Source: an uncultured Methanosarcinales archaeon (GTDB taxonomy: Archaea; Nanobdellota; Nanobdellia; Woesearchaeales; CAIVOO01). Taken from it: DNA of 64,000 bases. Position numbers and translations under genes: made by a program. The stretch lies in contig CAZAIK010000001.1 in assembly GCA_964485195.1 (NCBI GenBank), forward strand, positions 62,001-126,000, given 5' to 3'. Position 1 is the first letter of the stretch. Every line of letters starts with the position of its first letter. Of the stretch, positions 1-9,809 are shown piece by piece. Below the pieces are notes generated by a model. The model ran no database searches. It saw only the letters and a list, made by a program, of their open reading frames with translations, and was not told where the DNA came from.

Positions 1-26
1 AAAACGGTTTACCGTTTATCATTAAA

Positions 27-173
27 TTAAACAAATGGATTATTGTTTTGGGAATACTCTTTAAGCATAGCAAGTAGTTTCTTTGCTCTATTGTCTTGTG
101 GCTCAAAGAGTTTTTCAGACTCTATACTTGCACAGTATACTAATCCAAATCCGTAAGTTATGGCTTTGTTCAT
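27..173 (-). CDS. small hypothetical protein (48 aa, MNKAITYGFG...NNNPFV), divergent from Lrp regulator
   Basis: Read manually: ATG at 173 preceded by AAGGT, TAA at 27-29; another ATG follows at 22 running off the window. Confidence 0.35.
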   Translation of the reverse strand: MNKAITYGFGLVYCASIESEKLFEPQDNRAKKLLAMLKEYSQNNNPFV

Positions 174-267
174 ATTACCTTTTTAGCCATTAGATTATTT
201 AAAATTTATTATCAATATTTTTACAAAAGGGCAAAATTTATATACTATTTATGACATATTGTATAAT

Positions 268-1233
268 ATGGTTAAAATAGATAAATTGGACAGAAAAATC
301 ATGGCTGAACTTGATATGAATGCAAGAATTCCAATTACTCAATTAGCCAAAGCTGTAAGATCATCAAGAGAAGTTGTAAACTATAGAATAAAAACACTAA
401 TAAAAAGAGGAATAATATCTGGAACTCAAACTTTTTTTAATCCAGCTAAAGTTGGATACAGTATTTATCGAGTTTTAGTAAGATTAGATTCATTAGACGA
501 AGGAATTATTAATAGGTTTCAAAATTTTTTTATTAAGCACGATTCTGTGATGTGGTTTGCAAAGCTTGGAGGGAAATGGGATTATGTAATTGAATTTTTT
601 GCAAAAAGTGGTGATGAATTTAATACCCTTTTGAAGAATTCATTTGAACAATTTGGAAGTTTGATTAAATTATATGAGATTATGACTATCCTAGAAATCT
701 ATTCACACAATAGAAAATACATTTATGATAATAAAAAACATAAAATTTTTAAAATTGGTGGAAGAATTGAAAATATCAAATTAGACGAAGTTGATAAAAA
801 TATAATCAAACAATTGAAAGATAATGCTCGTTTAACAAATCTAGAAATTGGCGAAAAACTAAAATTAGCAAGAAATACAATTAAATACCATATTAAAAAA
901 TTAGAAGAGAATAGAGTAATTCAAGGATACAAGTTATTCTATCACCCTCAAAGAATAGGTTATCAATCATATAAATTATTAATTTCTATGGATAATCTGA
1001 ATCAAATAATGGAGAAAAAATTTTTTATATTTGCTCAACAAAACAAAAATATTATTTTTGCACATAAAAACTTGGGAAAATGGAATTATGAATTTGAAAT
1101 TGAAATCGAAGACATGATAAAATTACAAGAGATTATTATAGAACTTAGAGTGATATTTAAAGAAAATGTAATTGATTATGAATTATTCCCAATTTTACAT
1201 GATTATAGAATTAATTTATTCCCCTACCTTTGA
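268..1233 (+). CDS. Lrp/AsnC-family transcriptional regulator, tandem-duplicated
   Basis: Two Lrp HTH units (KIDKLDRKIMAELDMNARIPITQLAK; KLDEVDKNIIKQLKDNARLTNLEIGEKL), each with RAM-type GKWD/NY motif; very AT-rich. Confidence 0.85.
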   Translation: MVKIDKLDRKIMAELDMNARIPITQLAKAVRSSREVVNYRIKTLIKRGIISGTQTFFNPAKVGYSIYRVLVRLDSLDEGIINRFQNFFIKHDSVMWFAKLGGKWDYVIEFFAKSGDEFNTLLKNSFEQFGSLIKLYEIMTILEIYSHNRKYIYDNKKHKIFKIGGRIENIKLDEVDKNIIKQLKDNARLTNLEIGEKLKLARNTIKYHIKKLEENRVIQGYKLFYHPQRIGYQSYKLLISMDNLNQIMEKKFFIFAQQNKNIIFAHKNLGKWNYEFEIEIEDMIKLQEIIIELRVIFKENVIDYELFPILHDYRINLFPYL

Positions 1234-1343
1234 ATTTCTATGGATTTTCTTTACCACTCTATTTTGAGAAGAAACTAGCACCCGCTAAAGTAACAATGAA
1301 GCAGATACATAACTTTTATAAAGGCAAATCCTGGATAGATGAT

Positions 1344-1973
1344 ATGGTATTTAACAGTCCACAATGGTTCAATATAGTTTCAACATTTTATCATCTTATT
1401 TCTTTCCTGGTTGCTGGTGCAATAACCTTGCTTGGCTATAAAGCTTATAAACTGATGAAGTCAAAGAAATACCTTAATTTCGCGCTGGCCTTCTTTTTCA
1501 TCACTCTCTCATTCATAGTGCTTGCAATTACAAACATTCTTGTTTACTTCAACCTGGGAACCGAAATCTTCAGGATTTTTTCCATAATCAATATTGGGTT
1601 CATAATATACGCGCTGCTGACAATAGCAGGTTTTTTCCTGCTTGTGATGCTGACATTTAAGGTAAAGGATGTGAAGATAATAGCAATACTGGCTGTTGGA
1701 ATGATCGCTGCGCTGGCTTTACTCCCATTCATAAAGACATTTCATACAATCCTGCTAGCGCTGACTTTGCTGCTTTCATACTGCTTTTACGAAAACTGCA
1801 AAAGAAAAAAAACTGTGAACTCAAAACTTGTGTTTTCTGCGTTTATCCTGATGATGACATCTCACATTTTCAGCCTGGCAAGCGGAGCTAATGAGCTGAT
1901 ATTTATCATAGGGAACACTGTTCTTGTTATAGGCTACACCTTGCTGTTAATAACTATCCTGAGGTTTAAATGA
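1344..1973 (+). CDS. multi-pass membrane protein
   Basis: About 7 hydrophobic segments; ATG at 1344 preferred over TTG 1230; overlaps next gene. Confidence 0.65.
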   Translation: MVFNSPQWFNIVSTFYHLISFLVAGAITLLGYKAYKLMKSKKYLNFALAFFFITLSFIVLAITNILVYFNLGTEIFRIFSIINIGFIIYALLTIAGFFLLVMLTFKVKDVKIIAILAVGMIAALALLPFIKTFHTILLALTLLLSYCFYENCKRKKTVNSKLVFSAFILMMTSHIFSLASGANELIFIIGNTVLVIGYTLLLITILRFK

Positions 1974-2242
1974 GTGAAAGGAGGAGCAAGCTTGAGATTG
2001 TCAGCGACATCCTTAAATCAGTACAGGAGAAAGGGGGCATCATAAGGCCAACCCATCTTTTGTACAAGTCAAACCTTTCCCACGACAGGATGAAGCTCTA
2101 CACAGAAGAGCTGAAATCAAAGGGGCTGATTGAAGAGTATGAAGTTAAGAAGAAAAAAGTTTTCAAAATAACTGATAAGGGTTTTGACTTTCTTGCCAGC
2201 TACAGAAAAGTAAAGGAGCTGGAAGATGCTTTCGGAATCTAG
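1970..2242 (+). CDS. winged-helix transcription regulator (HTH_45/ArnR1-like)
   Basis: RRSKLEIVSDIL...PTHLLYKSNLS...ITDKG signature. Confidence 0.8.
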   Translation: MSERRSKLEIVSDILKSVQEKGGIIRPTHLLYKSNLSHDRMKLYTEELKSKGLIEEYEVKKKKVFKITDKGFDFLASYRKVKELEDAFGI

Positions 2243-2556
2243 AAGTATTTCGGTTTTTTTCTCAGGGATTTCGCATAATCAGCCACATCCTGCATACTTC
2301 CCCCCGAACCAATTACAATTGCCTTTTGGATCTCTTTCAGTGAAGGGTTGTAAGAGCCGTTGACTTTTGCATACAAAGTATTAAGCCCCAGGATAGCGCC
2401 TTCCTGATTCCGCTGTTTATTTATTTCATCTATCACAAAATCAGGCATCATGCTTATTAAAGCTCCCAGATTCTCGTCAAGCTTTGCATTGTTGAGGGCA
2501 AGCACCCTTATTACTACCGGCTTAAGGTCCTTTTTTGTCAATCCTGACTCGTCCAT
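2239..2556 (-). CDS. hypothetical protein
   Basis: ORF; GGAGGT Shine-Dalgarno before ATG 2556. Confidence 0.6.
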   Translation of the reverse strand: MDESGLTKKDLKPVVIRVLALNNAKLDENLGALISMMPDFVIDEINKQRNQEGAILGLNTLYAKVNGSYNPSLKEIQKAIVIGSGGSMQDVADYAKSLRKKPKYF

Positions 2557-2767
2557 TTTTACCTCCCGGATCCGCCAAAGCCAGAGAATTATCAAGAAAA
2601 AGTATGGAGCCTTAACCTGATAATCCCCGGGTAAGGCTGATTACCAAAAAAAGTAGCAGAATCCGGATTTATAACTGGCAAAAACTTTCATGTCTGATAA
2701 TGTTTCTGCCTGCATATTATTATAATGTTTTCAGGATTTATAAATTTTTCCTGATGTCAGAAAAAAA

Positions 2768-4201
2768 TTAGCCCTTCATAACAGCGATTGGTATGAATTT
2801 TGCAACAATATTGCCTATCCCCAGCTTGTCAGAAACCTTCACAACCTCATCAATGTCCTTGTAAACGTCAGGGGCCTCTTCTGCAACCCCTTTCCAGGAT
2901 GAGGACTTCACAATTATGTTCTTTGCCTCCATCATGCTCTTGACCTGTTCTCCCCTGTGCTTTTTCAGGGCAGCGTGCCTTGACATAACCCTCCCTGCGC
3001 CGTGGGCTGTGGAGCCCCAGCTGACCTTCTCTGCCTCCTTGGTTCCCACAAGAAGATAAGATGCCGTGCCCATTGAGCCGGGTATGAGGACGGGCTGGCC
3101 CACATCCCTGTAAATTTCAGGGATTTCCTCCCTTCCAGGGCCGAATGACCTTGTTGCGCCCTTTCTGTGAATGCATATCTTCCTGTTCTCTCCATCCACT
3201 TCGTGGTTTTCAAACTTGGCTATGTTATGGCATACATCATAGACTAAATCCATCCCTTCTGAAGTACCCATGACCTTCTTAAACGCGTCTCTTGTCCAGT
3301 GCATTATCATCTGCCGATTGGCGAATGCATAATTGACAGCGCAGCACATTGCGGAATAATACTGCTGCCCTAATTCTGATTTTATAGGGGCGTTGACCAG
3401 CTCCCTGTCCGGGAGATGTGAATAGCCATACTTGTTTTCCATTGATTTAATGTAGTCAGTGGCTATCTGGTGCCCCAAACCCCGTGAACCGCAGTGTATC
3501 ATTACAGTTACCTGGCCTTCCTTTTCTATCCCGAATTTTTTTGCAATCTCAGTATTGAAGATTTTCTCGACTTTCTGTATTTCCAGGAAATGGTTGCCCG
3601 CGCCAAGGGTTCCCAGCTGGGGCTTTCCCCGCTCCAGGGCTTTTGAGGACACGTTTCGCGGATCTGAATCCTTCATCCTGCCGTATTCCTCTATCCTCTG
3701 CAGGTCATCCTTGGCGCCGTAGCCGTTCTCAACAGCCCATTCTGCGCCTTTCTTGAGGACATTCATCAGCTCTTCCTGGGATAATTTGGTTATGCCTCCT
3801 TTGCCGACTCCTGCAGGCACCTCCTTGAAAAGTGTATCCAAAAGCTCTTTTCTCTTGTTTTCCACGTCCTCTGCTTCCCAGTTTGTCCTTAACAAGCGCA
3901 CTCCGCAGTTAATGTCATAACCTATCCCTCCAGGGGAGATGACCCCTTCGTTTATGTCAAACGCAGCCACACCCCCTATGGGAAATCCATACCCTTCGTG
4001 GGCATCAGGCATCACCAGGGCGTGCTTTATTATGCCTTTCATGCAGGCCACGTTCCTTAACTGCTTCAGGGTGCTGTCCTGCTTTATCTTTTCCATCAGG
4101 GCTTCAGAAGCGTAAATGAAGGCAGGGACTTTCATAGGGCCTGTTTTGGGTATTTCATAAATATACTCAGATTTTTTTGTGGGCTCTATTTTTTCTTCCA
4201 T
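2768..4201 (-). CDS. rtcB: tRNA-splicing ligase RtcB
   Basis: MPDAHEGYGFPIGG, GYDINCGVRL, GTLGAGNHFLE, HRKGATR, STAHGAGR, AEEAPDVYK motifs. Confidence 0.97.
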   Translation of the reverse strand: MEEKIEPTKKSEYIYEIPKTGPMKVPAFIYASEALMEKIKQDSTLKQLRNVACMKGIIKHALVMPDAHEGYGFPIGGVAAFDINEGVISPGGIGYDINCGVRLLRTNWEAEDVENKRKELLDTLFKEVPAGVGKGGITKLSQEELMNVLKKGAEWAVENGYGAKDDLQRIEEYGRMKDSDPRNVSSKALERGKPQLGTLGAGNHFLEIQKVEKIFNTEIAKKFGIEKEGQVTVMIHCGSRGLGHQIATDYIKSMENKYGYSHLPDRELVNAPIKSELGQQYYSAMCCAVNYAFANRQMIMHWTRDAFKKVMGTSEGMDLVYDVCHNIAKFENHEVDGENRKICIHRKGATRSFGPGREEIPEIYRDVGQPVLIPGSMGTASYLLVGTKEAEKVSWGSTAHGAGRVMSRHAALKKHRGEQVKSMMEAKNIIVKSSSWKGVAEEAPDVYKDIDEVVKVSDKLGIGNIVAKFIPIAVMKG

Positions 4202-4253
4202 AAGTCATCTGTCTACAGGCAGGTTTATATATATTTCTGAAAACCAGGGCTGG

Positions 4254-4484
4254 GTGGAGAGAAAAAACTTTTCAGAAAAGAAAAAGAAGAAAGAGGAGCC
4301 AAGGTTTGATATTGCCGAAGAGAAGAACACTATGGCTGTCCACGACCACGTGTGCGAGAAATGCGGGTACAATAAAGCCCAGCTGATTGAGTGCGGAATT
4401 GAGATTGCTGACGAGGACTGCAGGATAAAATACAAATGCGGCAGGTGCGGCCACGTGGAGGACGTGAGCGAGAAGCCAAGATAA
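4254..4484 (+). CDS. TFS/RpoM-like C-terminal zinc-ribbon protein
   Basis: CEKCG...ADE...YKCGRCG resembles TFS C-ribbon; GTG start at 4254 inferred, downstream of TTTATATA. Confidence 0.6.
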   Translation: MERKNFSEKKKKKEEPRFDIAEEKNTMAVHDHVCEKCGYNKAQLIECGIEIADEDCRIKYKCGRCGHVEDVSEKPR

Positions 4485-4488
4485 AAAA

Positions 4489-5136
4489 TCAGGGTCCTAT
4501 GATTTTATTTATATAGGACGCGACATCCGCGATGCTCCTGGTTCCTACCGTTTTTACATCTGGGTATTCTGCTTTTACCTTGTTGATTACCATAATTTCC
4601 GCCGAGATTATATGTGTATTCCCCCTTGCATTTTCATCAGGCCCGGTCAGGATTATTCCGGGATTGTGCTCCAGACTGCGGGAAAGTTCAATAAGTTCGG
4701 GCATTTTTGAATAAACAGAGTTCTTGTTGATATCTGAATAAACATTTGTAAGGGAAGATCCGTTATTTGAATGGTAATTTCCGAACAATAGCTTGTAAAA
4801 AACAATTACTCTGGGATTTAAGGGAACTGCCAATTCAAAAATGTCATCAATGCTGTTAAGGAATGTTTTTGTTGTTTTAATCCTCTGGAAGTCTGTGTAG
4901 TCCCGCTTGAACTGCATTTTTTCCCTTTCCCCCTTCAGATGGCTTTCCAAAAGCTGGAAAAGGTCATTAACAGATTTGTGGGGATATGACAGGAATGGGT
5001 CATACCACCTGTTCATAAGTAATACAACGTCGGAAGGGAACTGGCAAGAAGGCAAGGGCAGTCCGTCTTTTTCAGGGATCCTTAGGCTGCCCATTCTTCC
5101 AAGGTCCATTTTTCTTTTAGGCTTGATCTCCCCCAT
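4489..5136 (-). CDS. hypothetical protein
   Basis: 215-aa ORF directly downstream of archease. Confidence 0.6.
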   Translation of the reverse strand: MGEIKPKRKMDLGRMGSLRIPEKDGLPLPSCQFPSDVVLLMNRWYDPFLSYPHKSVNDLFQLLESHLKGEREKMQFKRDYTDFQRIKTTKTFLNSIDDIFELAVPLNPRVIVFYKLLFGNYHSNNGSSLTNVYSDINKNSVYSKMPELIELSRSLEHNPGIILTGPDENARGNTHIISAEIMVINKVKAEYPDVKTVGTRSIADVASYINKIIGP

Positions 5137-5139
5137 AGT

Positions 5140-5550
5140 CTATATATCAACAACAACCTGAACGTGATTTTCCTTGACTTCCATGTCCATATAAGTAACT
5201 GCTTTTATCCCTGTCTCTATCTCGTACTTGTCCTCAACTGAATCCCCGGACAATGTTGCTGTCAAAAAATATCCCTTTCCCTTGGGATTGATTTTGATGT
5301 CTGTCACCTTGTGCAGTATGAAGTTACGGGTGTCCAACAAGAAAAGCAGTTCATCGAGAAAAGAGGCCAGCAGCTGCTTCAGGTCATTGCCGGAAACCTG
5401 CACTGACTTGGTAATGTTCGCCTTGACTTTTTCAGGGTCTGTCATTATTTTTGTCATTGCCTCTGCTGCATTGGCAAAACACTCTTCAAAAGAGCTTCCG
5501 TAAGCCCTGAACTTTACGTCAGATGTGTGCTCCAGGAATTCATATTTCAT
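5140..5550 (-). CDS. archease (RtcB cofactor)
   Basis: YEFLEHTSDV...IKAVTY...VVVDI. Confidence 0.95.
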   Translation of the reverse strand: MKYEFLEHTSDVKFRAYGSSFEECFANAAEAMTKIMTDPEKVKANITKSVQVSGNDLKQLLASFLDELLFLLDTRNFILHKVTDIKINPKGKGYFLTATLSGDSVEDKYEIETGIKAVTYMDMEVKENHVQVVVDI

Positions 5551-5617
5551 GAAAACAGAATAAGTTCCTTATTTATAATGTTTTGTAAGATAGTTATGCT
5601 TTAGAAAAAAACTGCAA

Positions 5618-5863
5618 TCAATAGTCATAAATCTCTATCTTTTCTTCAGAGTCCTCCTTTTTCTCCTCTGGCTGGTTTTCAGGAGAAGGGTTGTCAAAAA
5701 GTCCGAAAATCCCTCCCTGGGATTCAGAGCCTGAGCTGTCAGCCGCAGGGAACATGGGATTGAAATCTGCCTGTTCAGGATGCTCCACCAGCCTTGTGAG
5801 CATATTTATGGCCTTTTTAATCTCCTCCTTGCTGTCCTCCTTTGTGTTGATTGTTATTATCAT
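5618..5863 (-). CDS. small acidic hypothetical protein
   Basis: ORF translationally coupled to upstream gene. Confidence 0.6.
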   Translation of the reverse strand: MIITINTKEDSKEEIKKAINMLTRLVEHPEQADFNPMFPAADSSGSESQGGIFGLFDNPSPENQPEEKKEDSEEKIEIYDY

Positions 5864-6234
5864 TCTATGCGCCAGTAATATAATTTTATTATTTTGGGAT
5901 TATATAAAGCTATTGTCCCTGCTACATAAACAGATTCTGAAAAAGCCTCCTTGTCGGGCAGGTTGGCGTGCACCTGTTCTGGGTTTTCAGTAACGTCATA
6001 GGCAAAGTCGTAATTGGCGGGGAGGTATTCCTCAAAAAAGGTTTCCATACAGGTATGATTCAGGGAAACCACGCACTTCCTGAAAGCAGGATTTTGTTCA
6101 AGCACTGGCAGTATGCCCAGATTTTCAGTTTCCTGGGGGGTTGAGGAACCGGGAAAGATGAGATAGGCGATAAGGAAAGTTCCGATTATCGCAAGAGCAA
6201 CTTCCACTGTCCTTAAAAATGCTTTTTTGTTCAT
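5860..6234 (-). CDS. pilin-like protein (class III signal peptide)
   Basis: MNKKA/FLRTVE plus hydrophobic helix. Confidence 0.6.
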   Translation of the reverse strand: MNKKAFLRTVEVALAIIGTFLIAYLIFPGSSTPQETENLGILPVLEQNPAFRKCVVSLNHTCMETFFEEYLPANYDFAYDVTENPEQVHANLPDKEAFSESVYVAGTIALYNPKIIKLYYWRIE

Positions 6235-7463
6235 GTCCAGCTTTGCACATTAACTATTATGTCTGTCAAACTGCCGTATTTGTCCAGTATGAAATCCCTT
6301 GTTTTTTGGGCATAGACTGTTGCCTTGTCATATGCGTTTCCTCCGAAAGACACAACCTGTTCCTCATTTGTTGCATTAAATATCACTACCCTGAAATCCC
6401 CAAGCATCCACCTGCTCTTAAGCCTGCTGTACCCTGTAACATTCAGCCGCTGGAGTTCTGTCATTGAAAATGCTGTTGTTTCTTCAGGCAGGCCCAAAGC
6501 CACTGAATAAGGCTCTGTATACCTTGGAAAATTTGTGTGGGAGCCTTCATAGAAAATTATCTTCTGCATCACCCCGCCGGCAGTTTCAAAATCTATGTTG
6601 AGGGTGATTAAGGTGTTGTGGCTGCAAAAGGATATGTTCGCTTCTTTGTCCAGCCATATCAGCAGGACTGAGCTATTGGCATAAAATTGAATCATCTGGG
6701 ACTCATCCTCGTAACAGTTGCCCGGGTAATGGACGTCCCCGTCGAACTCGCTGCTAAAGTAATAACTTTCATAATTGTCAAGCTCAAATGTCTGCGAAAC
6801 CGAAGAATCCCCCTGGAAGAGCATGTAAATCCCGGAGTTGTACGCAAAGATTATTGTGGATATATTAAGATTTTGCTCGCTTATAGGATAAACACCTGCT
6901 ATATGCTCATTGGAAAAGTTTGTTGTTGACGGCTCCACTTTGGAATTGCCAGAGTATAGGGAATAATCAAATATCTTAATGCCCCCGAAATCAACATCCT
7001 CTATAAGGTTGTTCTCAAGGTTCACAGCAAATCCCTCTGTGGTTGCCGAGGAAGAGCCCACGGCCAGGTCTGTAACCTGGCTGTATTCCTCATAAGTTTC
7101 CCCGGAATTGATAAGTTCAAATATGGATTTATCAAACGAGGTAAGATTTCCCAGGAAAAACAGCTTGTTATTGTGAAGGAAAAACGAACGGTTGACCATA
7201 AAAAGATTTGAATGGTTTTCAAAATCCACATTGATTATCACAGGTGCATATGTTAAGGAATACTCTGAATCTACCATCACAGGATACCTGAAAACAGACC
7301 AGTAAGCCTCTTCCTGCAGTTTTTCCCTGACATCATCAACCAGCTCAGGCATTCCCCCCTGCACTGCCAAAGGCCTTATGAAAATAAAAAACCAGGCAAT
7401 GTATAACAGGAAGATACCCAGGCTGATTACCCAGTCAATCTGCGAAAAGCCTCTTTTTTTCAT
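6231..7463 (-). CDS. large pilin-like/adhesin protein (class III signal peptide)
   Basis: MKKRG/FSQIDWVISLGIFLLY N-terminus followed by a polar, aromatic-rich extracellular-type domain. Confidence 0.6.
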   Translation of the reverse strand: MKKRGFSQIDWVISLGIFLLYIAWFFIFIRPLAVQGGMPELVDDVREKLQEEAYWSVFRYPVMVDSEYSLTYAPVIINVDFENHSNLFMVNRSFFLHNNKLFFLGNLTSFDKSIFELINSGETYEEYSQVTDLAVGSSSATTEGFAVNLENNLIEDVDFGGIKIFDYSLYSGNSKVEPSTTNFSNEHIAGVYPISEQNLNISTIIFAYNSGIYMLFQGDSSVSQTFELDNYESYYFSSEFDGDVHYPGNCYEDESQMIQFYANSSVLLIWLDKEANISFCSHNTLITLNIDFETAGGVMQKIIFYEGSHTNFPRYTEPYSVALGLPEETTAFSMTELQRLNVTGYSRLKSRWMLGDFRVVIFNATNEEQVVSFGGNAYDKATVYAQKTRDFILDKYGSLTDIIVNVQSWT

Positions 7464-7505
7464 TTAATTGATTTATTGTTGATGTTTTATAAATGTTTTC
7501 AGGGA

Positions 7506-7577
7506 TGGTCCCGGTGGGAGTCGAACCCACTATCCCCGCCATGTGAGGGCGATGTCATGCCATTAGACCACGGGACC
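7506..7577 (-). tRNA. tRNA-Val(CAC), intronless
   Basis: GGTCCCG acceptor stem, anticodon loop CTCACAT, GGTTCGACTCC T arm. Confidence 0.95.
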
Positions 7578-8641
7578 TAAATGTAGTTTATTTCCACAGG
7601 GAACTGATCCCAGGTTGGGTATTCTATAACAGTTGCAGGTTTAAAACCTTTCTCTTTTAATTCTTCCCCAAGGTTTTCTGCAACTGCTGTTGTTGTCAAC
7701 AGCCTTTTCCCTGCCTTGTCAACCTCCAGCAGCTCTTTTGGAATCTTGTATTTCCTGTTCAGGGAATTTTTTAATTTTTCCAGCTTTTCAGCATCTCCGT
7801 AAATCACTCCCCTTACCAGCATTCCTTCTTTTGTAACATAATCATAAGGCTTTTTAACGTTCCTTGCCCGCCTTTTTATCCTGTTTCCCATCTGAACCCT
7901 TTCCTTTAATGTTGTAGTGCAGTAATGGATGCGCTTTATCCTGTTTTCATAGGCCTTCAAAAGTTTCTTTGCCACCTCCTCCGAGCCCTTAATGCCATAA
8001 GAAATCCTGTCTTTTGGGACAAAAGTGCCGAGCATTTTCTGGGCTTTATTGTCAGCCATTTCCAGCTCGTTAAGATTGAGGAAATTTATCCTGTTGCTGA
8101 AATAATCAATTAATTTCCTGGTTTGCTTTTCTGCACCTGGAATCACGGGAATTTCAATGCCAAGGTCCCATTCGTAGTTTGCAAGAATCTCCGCTTTATG
8201 CCACAGCTTGTCAGAATAAATGTCTGGGTGCACCCTTATCTCGTCAAGCCCTGCGTTATATAATTTTTTTGCCTTGCTCTTGTCAACAAGCTCAAGCGAG
8301 GTGTAGAGATGGATGTGAAAGCCCCCTCCAAAACGTTTTTTAAGCAGTTTGATGTATTTAATTGTCCTGTCCATCTGGGTTAGAGGGTCCCCTCCAGTAA
8401 TGCCTGCCCCTTTTGCGCTGATGAGCTCTGCCTCTTTCAACACCTCTTTTTCATTCCTTACAGGCCATTCGTCAGCATAAACCACATCTTTCTGGTGTTT
8501 CTTCTCGGAAATGGGGCAGTAGAAGCAGCTGCGAGGGCACAATCCTGTTATGAAAAGCACCAGCTTCTGCCCCTTGACGCACAACTGGCACCCCTTGGGC
8601 AGGCTTCCTGATTTCCAAGAATAATGTTGAGTTCTTTTCAT
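7577..8641 (-). CDS. uncharacterised archaeal radical SAM protein (COG2108-like)
   Basis: LPKGCQLC...CPRSCFYC, GITGGDP; start at 8641 avoids overlap with divergent gene. Confidence 0.88.
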   Translation of the reverse strand: MKRTQHYSWKSGSLPKGCQLCVKGQKLVLFITGLCPRSCFYCPISEKKHQKDVVYADEWPVRNEKEVLKEAELISAKGAGITGGDPLTQMDRTIKYIKLLKKRFGGGFHIHLYTSLELVDKSKAKKLYNAGLDEIRVHPDIYSDKLWHKAEILANYEWDLGIEIPVIPGAEKQTRKLIDYFSNRINFLNLNELEMADNKAQKMLGTFVPKDRISYGIKGSEEVAKKLLKAYENRIKRIHYCTTTLKERVQMGNRIKRRARNVKKPYDYVTKEGMLVRGVIYGDAEKLEKLKNSLNRKYKIPKELLEVDKAGKRLLTTTAVAENLGEELKEKGFKPATVIEYPTWDQFPVEINYI

Positions 8642-8693
8642 TATCCAGGAAATTTTCAACAAATATTTTAAATGTTGCCGTTTTGAAAAGAAT

Positions 8694-9809
8694 ATGATAA
8701 AGCCCACCCATTTAAGGCAGGCATTCAGGATTTTCAGGACTTCTGTCAGGAGGAAACTCAAAGGAACAACCAGATACAAGGGGAGTGCTGAGGAAATCTG
8801 CCGGCATATTGTGAACAAGTGCTGGAATGAAAACAAGGAATATTTCCAGACAAGCGCCGGCCATTTCTGCGAGTTCTATTCAAGGGATTTCGGCTGGTGC
8901 TGCAAGTCCTTGATAGAACTGGGATATTCAGATGAATGTGAAAATACCCTTGACTATGCAATGGATATTTTTTCAAGAAAAGGGGGGATAAAAACAACCA
9001 TAACCCCTTATGACAAGCCCGTGGACATATACCATTACGCTCCGGACTCCCTGGGATTTATTTTGCGCTCAATAAGCCTGCTCAAGAGCAAAAGGCTGGA
9101 GAAAAAATACAAGGACTTCCTGAACAGCGAAATTCATAAGTTTCACAACACAGTCGTTGAGAAGGAAACAGGCCTGGTGAGGAAGGACAGGCAGTTTTCC
9201 TCAATGAAGGATTATTCCAAGAGAAAAAGCTCCTGCTATGACAATGTGATGGTCTGGACAGTGAAAAATGCCATAGAGAAAATAAGGATGCTTGACAACC
9301 CTTTTGAAGGGTACAGCCTGAAAAGTACAGTGAAGGATGAGTTATGGAATGGCAGTTATTTCTATGATGACCTCAAAAAACAGGGATACGTTGCCGGGGA
9401 CGCAAACGTGTTCCCTTTCTGGACAGGAATGTTCACAAGCAGGGAAATGGCAAAAAGGGCTGTTGCCTCAATACAAAAGGAGGAACTGGATTACCCAATG
9501 CCCCTGAGCTATACCAGCCCGAAAGTGAAGACAAAAATGATTCTGCACGAATTTGTGGTTTCTGGATATGAGCAGAGCACCATCTGGGCCCATATGGGTC
9601 CTTTGTTCATAGAGGTGGTCTCAAGGATAAGCAAGGAAAAGGCGAGAGACTATTTATTGCAGTACAAAAAGGTGATTGAAAGGTACGGCAACTACCTGGA
9701 AATATTTGACAGGAATCTGAAGCCCTATCAGACACCCTTCTACTATTCGGACGAGTCAATGCTCTGGGCCTCTAATTACCTAGCCCTGAGCAAAAAATTA
9801 TTTAAGTGA
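8694..9809 (+). CDS. six-hairpin glycosidase-like protein
   Basis: FYSRDFGW, LWNGSYFYD, IWAHMG, YLEIFD motifs typical of (alpha/alpha)6 glycoside hydrolases. Confidence 0.6.
   Translation: MIKPTHLRQAFRIFRTSVRRKLKGTTRYKGSAEEICRHIVNKCWNENKEYFQTSAGHFCEFYSRDFGWCCKSLIELGYSDECENTLDYAMDIFSRKGGIKTTITPYDKPVDIYHYAPDSLGFILRSISLLKSKRLEKKYKDFLNSEIHKFHNTVVEKETGLVRKDRQFSSMKDYSKRKSSCYDNVMVWTVKNAIEKIRMLDNPFEGYSLKSTVKDELWNGSYFYDDLKKQGYVAGDANVFPFWTGMFTSREMAKRAVASIQKEELDYPMPLSYTSPKVKTKMILHEFVVSGYEQSTIWAHMGPLFIEVVSRISKEKARDYLLQYKKVIERYGNYLEIFDRNLKPYQTPFYYSDESMLWASNYLALSKKLFK

Noticed and set aside
8642..8836. N-terminal extensions of track ORFs (radical SAM; similarly TatD, GatC, IscS)
   Set aside because: Overlap neighbouring genes; downstream ATGs match family N-termini
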